Assembly (NCBI RefSeq): GCF_009834535.1
Contig: NC_045696.1
Location: 116,004,001 to 116,068,000, forward strand
Origin: Camelus ferus
Lineage: Eukaryota
DNA: 64,000 nucleotides
Direction: 5' to 3'
Shown: piece by piece, positions 12,994 to 26,699 of the stretch
How positions within the stretch are numbered: the stretch's first letter is position 1
How the letters are laid out: every line of letters begins with the position of its first letter
Translations under genes and position numbers: made by a program
The notes under the pieces: generated by a model
Seen by the model: the letters and a program-made list of their open reading frames with translations, nothing else
What the model was told of the DNA's origin: nothing
The model's database searches: none

Positions 12994-14235
12994 TCTTAGA
13001 CCACCACGTGAGATATGGTTCATGTTGCAGGCAACCTTGGGAAATATAAAGTGGACTGCACTTTACAGTGAGGTACTAACACAGCAGCCTTCCTTGAATT
13101 ATAATGAATGGAGAGGGAAGCGGAAGGAAGGTACTGATTTCCTAGAAAAAGAGGACATTTTTACAACAATAACAACAGCAAAAAGTCCCTAGAAGGGATA
13201 TCAAGAATGGAAAGTGGAGTTAGCCAGGTAAACAGGTAGCTCCTAGTGGGCAAGGAGCAGGGAAAGGAGAAGGCATAAGAGGAAACTGGCACATTGACTC
13301 ACTATGCAAGTAAAGGCTCATGTCCCGGCTCTCAAAGAACTCACCACCGTGTGTGCTCATTTGTGGACACACAAGGGATATCACAGTGAGAATAAAAGCC
13401 AACCTACTCTCTAATAAATTCTAAGCTGTGTTAAATTTTAAAACACAGACTAAGAGAGCAAATTTAAGTACAGAGTAAAAAAAGCCGCAACCAATACAGA
13501 ATCCAAATGTGGGAGGGTCAACTGGGTAAACCTTTTAAAGCCAAATAGTATGAATCACCTCTGTCCCACACTGAGAAAGCCATGTCTTTAGAGCTGCTGT
13601 TGGGTGCCCACACCTAAGCATTTCACTGAGGCTTAAGCACTCGTCAGGCTGGAGGTGGTCCAGCTACAGAGTTTTATTGCCTCCAATCAGGTCTGTGTGT
13701 TATTAGCACAAAAAATGGCCAAGTCAGGATTCGCCACCTGTGAAGAGAAGAATGGTTCTCTAGCAGACCTATACCTCCAGTCCTTTATTCTTGACCCCGT
13801 GTCCTTTCTCCACTTCTCTAGTTCAGCCCATCTCTTCCATGTCTTCTGCAACCGCCCTCACCACAGTTCTCATCCACTTACCACGAAACCAGTATAACAC
13901 TCTCCAGGCAGGCTCTTATCTCCATCTCACGAGTTTCTTCCCTACAGAACCACCTTCCTCCTTATCCTCATTTCCACCATCGTTACAGAACTTTCTGTGG
14001 TCCTGCCCTAGTAACAGACATCCCTGGGGACAGGAAGAGGGATGAGCACAAATGACCTCCTCTTTCTCTCTTTTCTCTCTCTCTCTCTCTAGGTCCAAAG
14101 AAAGGACTGAAGAGTTATTTTTTTAAAACAATGTAACTGTATCTTTGCTCTAACCCAAGAAAGGATGTTACGAAGAGATCAGAAATGAAATTGAAGGCAT
14201 GAGGATATAGAAATTCTTATATCGCTTGATGAGTG

Positions 14236-14575
14236 TGTTTTAGTCCATCCAGGCTGCTGTAACAAAAATATCACAGACTGCGTGACTTAAACAGCAAACA
14301 TTTCCCACACTCTGAAGGTGGGAAAATTCAGCGTCTAGTAAGAGCCCACTTCCTGGTTCACAGATGGTCATCTTCTCACTGTGTACTTCACATGGAAGAA
14401 GGGTCAAGGGAGCTCTCTCAAGTCTGTTTTATAAGGACACTAATCCCCTTAGGAGAGTTCCACTCTCATAACCTAATCACCTCCCAAAGCCCCCATACCT
14501 CCTAATGGCCATCACACTGGGGGTTAGGATTTCAACACACAAATTTGAGGGGATGCAAACATTTTGCCTATAGCA
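14236..14575 (-). mobile_element. MLT1A-like MaLR solo LTR
   Basis: Runs TGTTTTAGTCCATCCAGGCTGCTGTAACAAAA...ACCTAATCACCTCCCAAAG...GGGTTAGGATTTCAACA...TATAGCA, the reverse complement of MLT1A with TG/CA termini. Confidence 0.85.
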
Positions 14576-14870
14576 GTATGCCCTTTGACCTAGCAGCTTT
14601 AGGAATTTTCCCTAAAGATATAATAAAAGAGGTGCCCCAAAGTATCTAAATAAAGATTTATTTTGCAATAACCTATTTACTAGTGAAATCAGAAAGAAAA
14701 TCCGTCAATAGGACAATTGGTTAAACAAATTATGGTACGCCCATATAAAGACCACACCAAGAAAATTAAAGGACAAGATTGATGTTTATGTTTTGACATT
14801 GAAAGGTGGCCATAATGCATATAATGCAGTTATTGTTAAATGAAACAGCAGGTTATAAGGCAGCACTTTT
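14576..14870 (+). mobile_element. Ancient L1ME-like fragment
   Basis: CCCTTTGACCTAGCA...AGGAATTTTCCCTAAAG...TGGTTAAACAAATTATGGTAC. Confidence 0.5.
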
Positions 14871-17800
14871 AGTGCAAATTCATAATTCCACCCAGTTAGA
14901 AGAAAAGAATTTTCACCTTCTATCTCATACACTCAGATATGATTTGAATTTCTTACAATGAGCACATATCACTTCCGTAATAAATAAAAATGATTTTTCT
15001 TTGTACCTTTACTCACAGTCATCCACCAATCAACAAAAGCCAAAATTTCAAGCCTTTCCCCCTAATGTCTTACTACTTCTCTGCCATGCCAATCTGTCTT
15101 AACAAAATTGCCAAGTTATACTTCTTAATGCCCTGCCTTTGATATTTTACTCAAGACTTTCCCAGCCCGGAATGCTCCCTGCCCAGCCTTACCCCTCTCC
15201 CTCTGCTCATCTTTCAAGATGCTCCTCCAACTCCTGCTAGACATTTCCTCTGATCAGTTTCTCCAGAATTGGTCATTCGTGCCTTTAAACTAGCACCTGT
15301 ACTTTATCTTAGAGTTCCTCCACCTGAGGTCCACATGTCTCACGGGTGGGCTTCCTGGACCCTGGGAAACAGTAAGGAAATGCTGGTCTATGTTTGTGTG
15401 CACGTCTTTTAGAGATAGTCTGTAGCTTCCAGGAGATGGACTGAAAGAAGCACAGACTGCATTTGTCTCAACACCTTTATCTTTGCCAATGTATCTTATT
15501 CAGCTTTATCATATTTCTTGTATTATTTCATAAAACTTTACTTAAATCTTACATCACTACTTACTTTCACAAATATGTTTCCTCTCCCCAAATATGTCAT
15601 AAAATTTTTTGAGAATAAGGACCATGGTGTTTATTTTTTTTTATCCAATTAAAATGTGTGCAATTCAAAGTGCCTAGCAGAAATTCAGAAAATGGGTGTT
15701 GATTTGATGAGTATCTGTACCCGCAAGGATATGTGTGGACAATCCTGCAAATTAACAAGGCCCAAAGCTTAAAATAAGACAAAAAAGAAATTTGTGGGGG
15801 AAAGAACCAGAATAGAAATCTTGTTCTCAGTTCTTCAAGGTCTTGTTGCACTTTGATAATCAGGAGACTCAGCATCAGTCACAAAACACAAAAATACCGG
15901 GACAGAGTCTGATGGGTAGAAACACCTTCCCACAGGAAGGCACCTACTTAGAATAATGCTGAAATTATCTGGAAGCAACATTCCCCCAAAGAAATCACAA
16001 ACAGGTCAATGCAGGCACAAATGAAAGAAAAATCATGCCATTGGAGACTTAGCATGGATTTTGATGAGAATGAAACATTTCCCCTCAAAATTAAGCACAG
16101 TTAAGGAGTCCCTATTGAAAAGCAGAGATGTGCTTGGGTGACTTAATTTCATTGATAATGAAGCACTTACTCTATCTTGAATGATGAGAGAGAGTTTTTT
16201 ATTTCCTGTTAAATGTTCTCAGTTTGGTACATGGGGCAGATCACTCTGTGTCCCTGGCTTTCATTTCTCATTTGTAATAGGAGAGAGGCTGAGACCAACC
16301 TGCTTTCATGTGCCAGGGACAGACCCAGTCTACTCAGTCTGGTTGTTAGGATAGGTAGCGGTAAGCACAAAATTTTAAGTTAAAAATGATCAAATGTTAT
16401 TAAAGCAGAAAATGTACCAAAGGGAAGTAGTTCCTCAGAGCTCGCTGACAGGCTGTCTCCCCACCTATAGTCCTCAGTAAGCTCCCCAAAGGTTTCAAAA
16501 TTGAACCCACAAAAAAAAAAATACTAAAGATTTAACTTTTTTTTAAAAGTGAATTTAAATCAAAATAGCATGGAAGAGGATAAAAGGAGACTCTTTATGG
16601 AATTCATCTGTGGAATGAACTAATGCTGTTCAAGGAAACACCTTAATGGAAATGTTTTATTATAAAGAAGTGCCTAGTTAAATGGCTGGAATTTTCTGGA
16701 GCTAGACAAAGAAAGAGCTAAAGCCATTCTAAATAAATTAACAGAAATCTATGAATGAATGCAAAAGGATGGGGCTTGGGAGAGAAAAAGTGAACGATGG
16801 GAGAAGCCGCATGATGACAGGGGAGGGGGTCACTCATCCATGTTGGCTAGTGTGATGTTGGCACCACGAACAACGAGGCGGCTTTAAGAACAAGGGTAGC
16901 CAACATTTACTTCTAACAGACACATAAATATGATGTAAACTTTTGCCACTCAAATGTCTTTCTTCAGATCTGTATTCCTATCTATGCCTTGTATGAGTTG
17001 CATTATGAGGGGGAAAAAAGGAAGGAAACAATTCTCCCTGCAAGGGTCAGTGAGAAAAGAATAGCTAAAGATGATGACATCAGCAAGACTGAAAACGCAG
17101 TGGGAACAGAGGAGCAAAGAAACAAGTGTTCCAGAGGATGTAAGCTCTTAGGAATTTCCAGGTATGTTGAGAAAGGCATTAAAATTCCCACAGGGCATGG
17201 GCTGAGGAATCCAAGTTAATTTTATTTAATTCATGCAGACAAGGTAGCTCAGCTAAGCAGAAATCTTAGTTCAATGGACACAGGTATGTTATGAATGAAG
17301 ATTCAAAATCTTATGACCTCAGTAATTTATTTTATGCTCTACCCCCAAGCTCCAGGAAGTATGTTCTCATCCTCCTCTGACACTGGAGTGGTTTTGAGAA
17401 ACATTGGGATGGGTGATATCCAATGGTCCATCTAAGTCTAACTTTCTACATCTCTGGCAAAACATGATTCAGCTAGTAAGAAAAAAAAAAGTTACCCCCC
17501 CCAAGTCATAAAGCAGCTACAGGTAAAAATGAGACATGATAACTGCAAAAAAAAAATCCATTTTATGTAAGAATATGTCTACCAAAGCAGAGACTGGAAT
17601 TTGTTCTACAAAAGAAAATTCGTAGCATAATTAGTTGCAATTTTACCACACATGATATGAAGCTTAACTCAAAACTCCCTGCAAAGAAATGTTGCCTTAA
17701 CAGTTATCACCACGACATGGAGCTGTAAGTTGGAAATCAGCCTCTTAGATCCAATTCCAGGGACACTTCTGAATTTATTGATAATTTAGTATCTTTAAAC

Positions 17801-18989
17801 CATTCATCAGCATTAGTGTCAGATTGCAAATCTGTCCAGGCAGACATATCCATCGCATACAGCAATTGTGATAGCAGCTACAAATTAGAGAAAGCCAAAT
17901 TACCTGCCAGGGCTTCCCACACTTAAAGAAAAACATTTAACAAAGACAGCTGATTAACTCATTCTCACATGGTCATTTACCCAGACCCACAGAGTTCATT
18001 CAAAAGTAATTTTCACCTCTTTAATAAGTAACCTATGTAACTTGCTAATGAGAATGCATCAGAATATGTCTTTACAGAGTCATTATGTGAAATGTCACAG
18101 GTATGAGGTGATGGAATCTCCAAAATGTACCTACTTCCATCCCAAAAAATTTCACACAAAACTGTCTAATGAAGAAACTTCTGGAAATTTGTTATTCCAT
18201 TACCATTTGGCTGGAATTATCCAGGGGCTGGGTAAAAACCTGTGTTTATACCAGCAAATAGGTCAGAACTATATGCTAGTTATTTTTCTATGCTTCTTTA
18301 ACAAAGACTATTCGAAATATTGTTTTAATGAAACACTGGGTTAAGAAAATAGACTTGCTTCATTTTACCCACCTTTGGGTACTCTTGTTGGGTTGTGCAT
18401 GATTGTATTGACTTGATCATCATTCATTACTTTGACCCTATGTGTCTAATAAAACCAATTAGGAAATTGCCATGTTATCTGCAGAAAATTGGCAAAGTGA
18501 AGAATTGGGCACAGATGTTGACGTGAGAATGACTGTCATAAAACAATAAAAAGGTACAAAAAGAAGATGAGTAGATCTGTTCCATTTTAGCACAGAAAGC
18601 AAAGAGCCCTTCTTAGACACTATTAAGACGGTAAGGTCTAACTGGAACAAGGGCAACAGACAGAACTGTCCATAATATAAAAAGATTCACCTGTCAATAG
18701 TTGACTCCACTCAGGCTCCAATTCATAAAACCTGCTAAGGATTGTAGCCCTCATTAAAGATTTATTGGTTGGACAGATTTATGAGCAAACGACCTCCAAG
18801 TATACAAACCTTAGCCCCTTAACCTTCCCTATACAACTTACTTCTTGAATGTAGGAGATGCGACTTTAGTTTTTCTAGGAAATGCAACCGAGGAATTCCA
18901 TTCAACTTGAGCCTACTAGTGACAAATATCCCAACCCCAAGATATCTGCCCAATATTAAAATTGCCCCCTGCTGGTCATAATACTAAAT

Positions 18990-19110
18990 GTACACTCACA
19001 TATATACACATGCACACACTCACTCACACACATATACATAAGCGCACACACACACACACACACACACATACATATATACACATGCACACATACACACACA
19101 TACATACATA
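18990..19110. repeat. Imperfect (CA)n/(CATA)n microsatellite
   Basis: Read directly from the sequence. Confidence 0.9.
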
Positions 19111-19799
19111 CAAGTGTTATCTTTGGGAACATATTGTAATATTATAGTACCCACATATGTGATGGTTAATTTCCCTGACTGGAATTAAACACTTTGCTAA
19201 AGAATTGCAGGTGTCTTTAAAATAATCGAGTTAGTCCCAAATGCAAGAAGAAAGAAAACAAATAATCCAGCAATCAGTACATCATCAGCGTCATTAACTC
19301 TAATCTCCAGAGTCTACTCTTTTTAGATGGGAGAGGAAAATAAGAAAATCTCCAAGCTATACTATTATGACAGTCAATTACATTTTGATAGAACAGTTTC
19401 ATGCTTCTATCTGTAATTAAAGTCAGCAGTCTTATAAATTAAATTCCTGCAAAGGGGAAATTGGATGGGAGCAGAGGGAGTACTTAGTTGTTTCCAGGAT
19501 AAAAGCTTGGAAATGAATTGTGTTTAAGACAAACTATCTCTGAACAGCCCAACTTACTGACCTACTTACTGGGCATATTGTGATCAGGACATATGCACAG
19601 CATCATAAGCACATTAAAAAATACTTATTTTATTGGCAGACTGTATAATGGTAAACTGACATTAATCCTAATTCAAAGTTGACTCAGAATAATGTATCTC
19701 AATACTGGAAAATTTTAAATGTTATAGGATAATCTGTAAAGGAGCATGAAACTGCTGAAAACCATAAAGTAACACTGCCCACTACGGTAAATTTGATTT

Positions 19800-20220
19800 A
19801 AACCTTACCCCTCTGTCAGCAGAGTAACTTCCCTGCCCTTTGATTTGGGATTTAGCTATGTAATTTGCTTTGGCCAATGCGTTGTTAGCAGACATGATGC
19901 AAGCAGAGGATCAAAAACTGCTGGCATAGGTGGTCTTGCTCCTCTGGAGGTCTGTCATTACCTGAGGAAAAAAATTCCCAGGCTGACCTGCTGGTCACAG
20001 AAAAAAAAAAAAACAGAAGTGAAGAAGCACCAACCCAAGTTGAGTGCAGCCCAGGATCAGCCTCAGACCTAAGCTGACTCCAGATATGTGAAATGAGCTC
20101 AAGTCAGACCAGTATAACCATCCTATTGATCCTAAATCAACCATTATCCACTGATCTTCAGGTGCATGAGAAATAGAAGTTTACAGTTCTATTAAGACAT
20201 CGTATTTTGTTGTAACAGCT
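19800..20220 (+). mobile_element. Old MaLR LTR (MLT1H/I-like)
   Basis: ATGTAATTTGCTTTGGCCAATGCGTTGTTAGCAGACATGATGCAAGCAGAGG...GCATGAGAAATAGAAG...TTTTGTTGTAACAGC. Confidence 0.65.
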
Positions 20221-20399
20221 AAGTGTTACCTACCAAATAGAGCTTAAATTCCTTAACACACAAACAAAAGGAGCAAGAGATGTACATCTCTGGGAAAAGA
20301 ATTCCAACAGTCATAGGGAACCAAAAAAATGCAAAAACCCTGAAGAGTACTAAGTGTATTTCAGCAAGAGCATGGAGTCTGGTATTTTGAAACACAATA

Positions 20400-23300
20400 A
20401 GAAAAGATAAAAATAAAAGAAGCAAAGCATATCCACTACAAAAGAGTTAAAATCACACAGGAAGAAAGAGAATAGAGAAGCAAAAGAATTACAACAAATA
20501 AAAAGCAATTCACAATATGGGAATAGTAAGTCAATAATTACTATCAATTATCTATTAATAACCATTAATTATCACTTTAAATGTAAATGGATCAAACTCA
20601 TCAATCAAGAGGCAGTGTAGCTAAGTGGATAGAAGAAAAAACACAACTCCCAACTATATGCTGTCTATAAGAGACCAACTTATGATTTAATGGCATATAT
20701 TGGCTGAAAGGAATAGAAAAAGATATTCCATGTAAAAAGTAATAATAAGGGCAGGGATGGTTGTACTTATATCAGACAAAATAGAATTTAAAGGCAAAAC
20801 TGTCCCAAGAGACAAAGAACATCATTACATAATGACAGAAGTTTCAATTCAACAGGAAGATATGACAATTATAAGTATATGTGCACCCTAGAACTGCTTG
20901 TCCTAATGTGACTGTGTGGATGGAGCCAACAGAGCCTCAGAAACAAGCCCTCCAGACCAAAGACGACTGGTTTTACTTGGACTTACCATATCTTTCTCAC
21001 CCAACTTGTGATATCTCATCTTCGCCACCACTGGCAATATGACCCATTATAACAGAGAGAGGGACTAGAGAGAAAAGAAACAAAGACTTGCATATTCCAA
21101 TAAGCCTAGGTCAGGAATCTGTTCAGTCTGGTCTGGTAATGTCACTTGAGCACATTGTACTTGCAGCTGAGCTATGATAAATCATCTTCACTCTATACCT
21201 ATCCTGCCCTATATCACAAATACAAATGTGTCAAGCTGAAAATAAACAAACAAACAAACAAGCACCGAACATCAGAGCATGGTGCTCTAACAGATCTGTA
21301 GGGAGAAACAGCAATATAATAATAGTGGCAGACTTAAATACCCCAATAGCAATAATGGACAAATCATCTGGTCAGAAGATCAGTAAGGAAAGAGCAGACT
21401 AGAACCACACTATAGACAAATGGACCTAATAGACAGATAAAGAACATCCCACTTAGCAGCAAAATACACATCCTTCTCAAGTGCTCAAGCAGTATGTCCC
21501 AGGATAGATCACACGCTAGGTCACAAAACAAGTCTTAACAAATTTAAGAAGATTGACATCATTACATATATCTTTTCCAACCACAATGGAATAAAACTAG
21601 AAAACTAAAGGTAAATGGAAAAAAAAATCACAAATACATGGGAATTAAACAACACACGTCTTGAACAAACTTTGGTTCAAAATAAAAATCAAAAGAGAAA
21701 CTAGTACATCTTAAGACAAATGAAAACAAAAACCCAACACAGCAAAAAATATAGGATAAAGCAAAAGCAATAACAGTGATAAACACCTACATTAATGAAC
21801 AACTAATCACAAGTAAACAACTGAATATTACACCTCAAGCAACTAAAAAAAAGAACAAATTAAGCCCAAAGTTAGGAGGAGGAAAGAAATAATAAAGATT
21901 AAAGCAGAAATGAATAAAATATAGAATAGAATAGAAAAAAATTGACAAAACTAAGAGTTGGTTCTTTGAAAGGATGAACACAATTGACCACTAGCTGGAC
22001 TAAGAAAAAAGGAAGACTTAAAAGCAGAAATGGAAGAGGAGACATTACAAATGATGACACAGAAATTTTTAAAAGGTCATAAGGGACTATTATGAGTAAT
22101 TATACACCAACAAATTGGACAACCTACAAGAAATGGATAAATTCCTAGAAACTGAATCAAGAAGAAATAGCCTGACTAGACCAATTACAAATAATGAGAC
22201 TAAATCAGTAATCAAAATCCTTCCAACAACAACAAAACCATAACATGTGGCTTCACACGTGAATTCTGCCAATAATTTAAAGAACTAGTACCAATATTTC
22301 TTAAAATCTTCAAAAAAAAAATTTTTTTAAGGGAACACTTCCAAACTCTCTATGAGGCCAGTATCTCTCTGATACCAAAGCCAGAAAAAGACACCACAAG
22401 AAAAGAAAACTACAGGCCAATATCCTTGATAAAAAATGGGTACGGAAGTCCTCAACAAAATATTAGTAAGCCAAATTCAGCAGCTCATTAGAAAAATCAT
22501 ACACCATGAAAGTGAGATGCCAGAATAGTGCAACATACACAAATCAATAAATGTGATACATCATATTAACAGAGTGAATTTAAAAATCACCTCAATAGAT
22601 GTAGAAAAAGCATCTGACAAAATTCAACATTCTTTATTGATTAAAATTCTTAATAAATTAAGTATAGAAGGATTTTAACACAATAAAGATTATATATGAA
22701 AGCCTGCAGCTAACATCATACTAAATGGAGAAAAACTGAAAGCTTTTCCTCTAAGATCTAGAACAAGGCAAAGATGTCCACTGTCATCAATTCTATTCAA
22801 CATATTACTAGAAGTCCTAGCTAAAGCCTTAAGGCAAGAAAAAGGGGGGGGGGGGAGAAATACAAATCAGAAATAAGTAAAATTATCTGTTAGAAGGTGA
22901 CATTATCTTATATTTAGAGACCCCTAAAAACACCACCAAAAATCTGTTAGAATAAGCAAATTCAACAGTGTGGAATACCAGAAAATCAGTGCACGAAAAT
23001 AAGCTGTATTTTTATACACTAACAATTAATTATCCAGAAAGGAAATTTTAAAAACACTCTCATTTACAATAGCATCAAAAGAATAAATTGCTGAGCAATA
23101 ATCAAGGACATGAAATATTTGTACACTGGAAAATGTAAAACACTCATAAAAGAAGTTAAAGCAGACACAAGTAAATGAAAAACATTCCATGTTTATAGAT
23201 TGAAAGAATTAACATTGTTAAATGTCCATGCTTCCCAAAGAGATCTGCAGAATCAGTATAATCTCTCTAAAAATCCCAATAGTATGTTTTACAGAAATAT

Positions 23301-24902
23301 AGAAACAATCTTAAAATTCATATAAAAAACAAAAGACCTTAAATAGCCAAAGCAATCTCGAGCAAGAACAAAGCTGGAGGCATTACACTTTCAAACTTCA
23401 AAATATGTTACAAAACCACAGTAATCAAAACATTATGGTGCTTGCATTAAAACAAACATTTGGATCAATGGGACAAAATAGAGAGCCCAGAAATAAACCC
23501 ACATCCTGTATGAGCAACTAATCTTTGACAAGGATGCCAAGAATACACACTAGGGAAAAGATAATCTCTGCAATAAGTGGTATCAACAAAACCTCAAAAT
23601 GTACTAAAGACTTAAACATAACATCTAAAACTATAAATACCCTAGAATAAAATACAGGGGAAAAGCTTTGGACATTGGCTTTAGCAATGATTTCTTGGCT
23701 ATGACACTAAAAGCACAGGTAACAAAACAAAAAATAGGCAAGTGGGATTACATCAAACTAAAAAGCTTCGCCACAACAAAGAAAATCATCAACAAAATGA
23801 AAAGGCAACCTCCATAATCGGGGAAAGTATTTGCAAACCACATATCTAATGAAAGGTTAATACCCAAAATATATAAAGAACTTATAAAACTGATAGCAAA
23901 AACAAAAAACCAAAACACCCAATTTTTTAAATGTGCAAAGGAACTAAATAGACATTTCTCCAAAGATGACATACAAATGACCAATAGATACGTGAAAAGG
24001 TGCTCAACATCACTATCATCAGGGAAATGTAAATCAAAACCACAATGAGGTATCACCTCATACCTTAGGATGGCTATAACAAAACACACAAAGAACAAAT
24101 GTTGTGAAGGACATAGAGAAAAGAGATTTCTTTCACACCGTTGGCGGGAATGCAAATTGATGGGAGTCTCTGTGGAAAACAGTATAGAGGTTCCCATAAA
24201 AAATTACAGAACTACCACATTATCCAGCAATCCACTTCTGGGTATATACACAAAGGAACTGAAATCAAAATCTCAAAGAGATGTCTGCACTCCCATGTTT
24301 GTTGCAGCATTATTTACAATAGCCAAGACATGAAAGCAAGTATCTACTGATGAATGAATAGACAAAGAAAATGTGGTACATTTACACACCAGATCATTCA
24401 ACCTTAAAAAAGGAAATCCTGCCTCTGTGACAACATGGACGAACCTGGAAGACATTACACCAAGTGAAATAAGCAAACACAGAAAGATACATGTTCCATG
24501 ATACCACTTATAGGATGAATCTAAAATAATTCAAACTCAGGGAAGCGGAAGGTGGAATGGTGATTGCTAGGGTTGAGGAGGAGAAACAGGAAGGTATTAA
24601 GCAAAGAGTACAAACTTCCAGTTATAAAAGATGAGTAAGTCCTACATATCTACTGTACAGCATGGTGACTATAGTTAAGAATACAGTATTATATACTTAA
24701 AAATTTGCCAAGAGGGTAGATCTTAGGTATTCTTATCATAAGAAAAATAGCACACAATAGGTAGGAAGAAACTTTCACAGGTGAGGGGTGGGCTTATGGC
24801 TTAGATTGTGGTGATAATTTCACAGGTGCCTACGTATCTTCAAACTCATCAACTTGTATGCATTACGTACAATTCTTTGAATGTCAAAAAAAAAAAAAAA
24901 AG
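20400..24902 (+). mobile_element. Long degenerate L1 (ORF2 endonuclease/RT/C-terminus plus 3' UTR and poly(A); L1MA9-L1MB-like)
   Basis: Colinear ORF2 landmarks: ACTTTAAATGTAAATGGA (EN start), AACTACAGGCCAATATCCTTGAT, AAACTGAAAGCTTTTCCTCTAAGATC (RT), GAGAGCCCAGAAATAAACCCAC, then 3' UTR and an A-run at ~24885-24901. Many stops and frameshifts. Confidence 0.95.
20891..21261 (+). other. 371-bp non-L1 insert with AATAAA and (AAAC)n tail inside L1 ORF2
   Basis: L1 homology stops at GCACCCTA (20883-20890) and resumes at GCACCGAACATCAGAGCA (21262 onward). The insert ends AATAAACAAACAAACAAACAA. Confidence 0.6.
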
Positions 24903-25029
24903 AGAGAGACACAGTAAGGGAGAGGAGGGGAGGACAGGGTATCAGAGGGTAGCAGGAAGCTAAACAAGGTAGGACTCAAAGTCCTGCTTTTACTCTCAGT
25001 GATGGAAAACATCTAAGCCATTGATACAT

Positions 25030-25160
25030 ACTTACCTAATTATCCATCTGCTTACCTGTCCATTCATCTGCCTACCTATCTGTCCATCTACCTATCTACC
25101 TATCTGTCCTATATGTCTATTGTCTATCTATCCTGTCAGTTTTTTTTCATTCATCTACCT
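25030..25160. repeat. Degenerate (CTAT/CCAT)n low-complexity tract
   Basis: Read directly from the sequence. Confidence 0.7.
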
Positions 25161-25554
25161 ATCACAGTGTGACCTGTGTTATAAACATCAGTGTCCATGC
25201 CATAGCTTCCTACCAGACTTTGAGACTCTTGATGGTAGCGGCTGTATCTCACTCATGTCTTTATTCTTCAGAATAACTGCCATTTTGTAAGCTGTCGGCA
25301 AGTAGTCAAATTAGTAAGTGCACAAATACGCAGACATCAAGAAGCACAAAAATCTTGCTCCTTATATTTTTAATACAGGACATAATTACTGCCTTGGTAG
25401 CACGGTTCTTGAGATCAAAGGCTATACACTGTGATCCCAGGTAGAAGTAAGGACTTAAGAGAACCTCATTAAGTGCTGCTGCTTGCCTGAGGCTTTCCTT
25501 AGGAAATCCATCACCTATAGTATGCACAGATAATTCTGACACTTCTATCCTTAC

Positions 25555-26203
25555 CTCCTTTATTCTCCTTAACCTTAGAACCTAGAAGCTTTGCCCTTAA
25601 TAGTAACACTGACATGTGCCACGGATAACAGATTTTCTCTTTGACTCTATGCCTAAACAATATAAATTATAAGTTCAATGTGGGGGTATATCCGCAAGGT
25701 AGCTACGTGCATTTTCAACCAGCTAATCCTCTTCTCAGCCATGCTGAAAAACAGCCACCCTGAAATTCCACGCAGGGATTTGAGCTGGATGAGAGAAAAT
25801 TCCACAAAATAGATTGCGTGGCCCAGGAGAAATCGATACGGAGTTATTTACTTTAGAGGAGGCAACTCTCAGGCACAGCAGTTACATGATGTGTAAGGAG
25901 GTTTTATTCTGAGTTTTACGGACTTCCTTCTGGACAGCAGGAAGAGAGCTGAAAGTCATTGAGACCCCCAAAGACCCAAGAACGCCCTCGCTGCTGCTTC
26001 ATAAATAAAATTGATGTAAATTAGTCTGTTGCCTAGTAGGAGAGGAACATGAGTAAGACAGAATGAAAAGGAACTGTCTTTTGGGATCCCACCCAACCAT
26101 CCTGCAATATTGTCAGCCATTCGTTAAGACCAATTCCTCTTTCTCTGTAAACAAGGCAATTTAATTATACCAGGACTGCACGCATAAGGTGCAAACGGAT
26201 TTC
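25555..26203 (-). other. Candidate 649-nt 5' exon of an unidentified minus-strand gene, ending in short frame MSVLLLRAKLLGSKVKENKG (phase 1)
   Basis: Acceptor TCTTTACAG|G at 26203, donor GAG|GTAAGG at 25555, ATG at 25615 with an in-frame upstream stop. Non-repetitive, with several retained CpGs. Confidence 0.35.
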
Positions 26204-26365
26204 CTGTAAAGACATTTTTCCCCCAACAAAAATTGTTCTAAGATGTGAATGCCCCTGCAGATCTATTTTGGATAGTAAAATAGCACTGGAAAAAAAAAAT
26301 AGCATTTGCCACGAACTCTGAAAAGAATGATAGGGCTTTTGATAACAGGTATTTGGGTGCACACG

Positions 26366-26372
<7 letters not shown>

Positions 26373-26414
<42 letters not shown>
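26373..26414. repeat. (AC)21 microsatellite
   Basis: Read directly from the sequence. Confidence 0.97.
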
Positions 26415-26416
<2 letters not shown>

Positions 26417-26699
26417 TTTCCCAAGCCTGATTCAAAATTCAGGCTGTGAGAGCTGATAAGAGTGTAGGTGAGGTGTTTTTCTTTCTTTCTTTTTTTTTAA
26501 GACTTTCAAGTTTGAAATGAGGTTATTGCATGCTTTTAAAATCACAGAGAGGGCTTTGTAAGCAGTCCCTTCCCAGCAGCCTCTGCCAGATCTTCAGAGA
26601 TTGAATTCTTTCCTAGCTGGAGCAATGCCTCTGGAACAATAGTAGGAGTTGATTTTTCTCCCCAGTCAATTCTCCCCGTGAACAATTAGGATGCAGTGA

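Noticed and set aside
13620..13737. Strong minus-strand acceptor TTCTTCTCTTCACAG|G with downstream AATAAA (possible terminal exon)
   Set aside because: No convincing donor, coding signal or other support; such motifs are frequent in introns.
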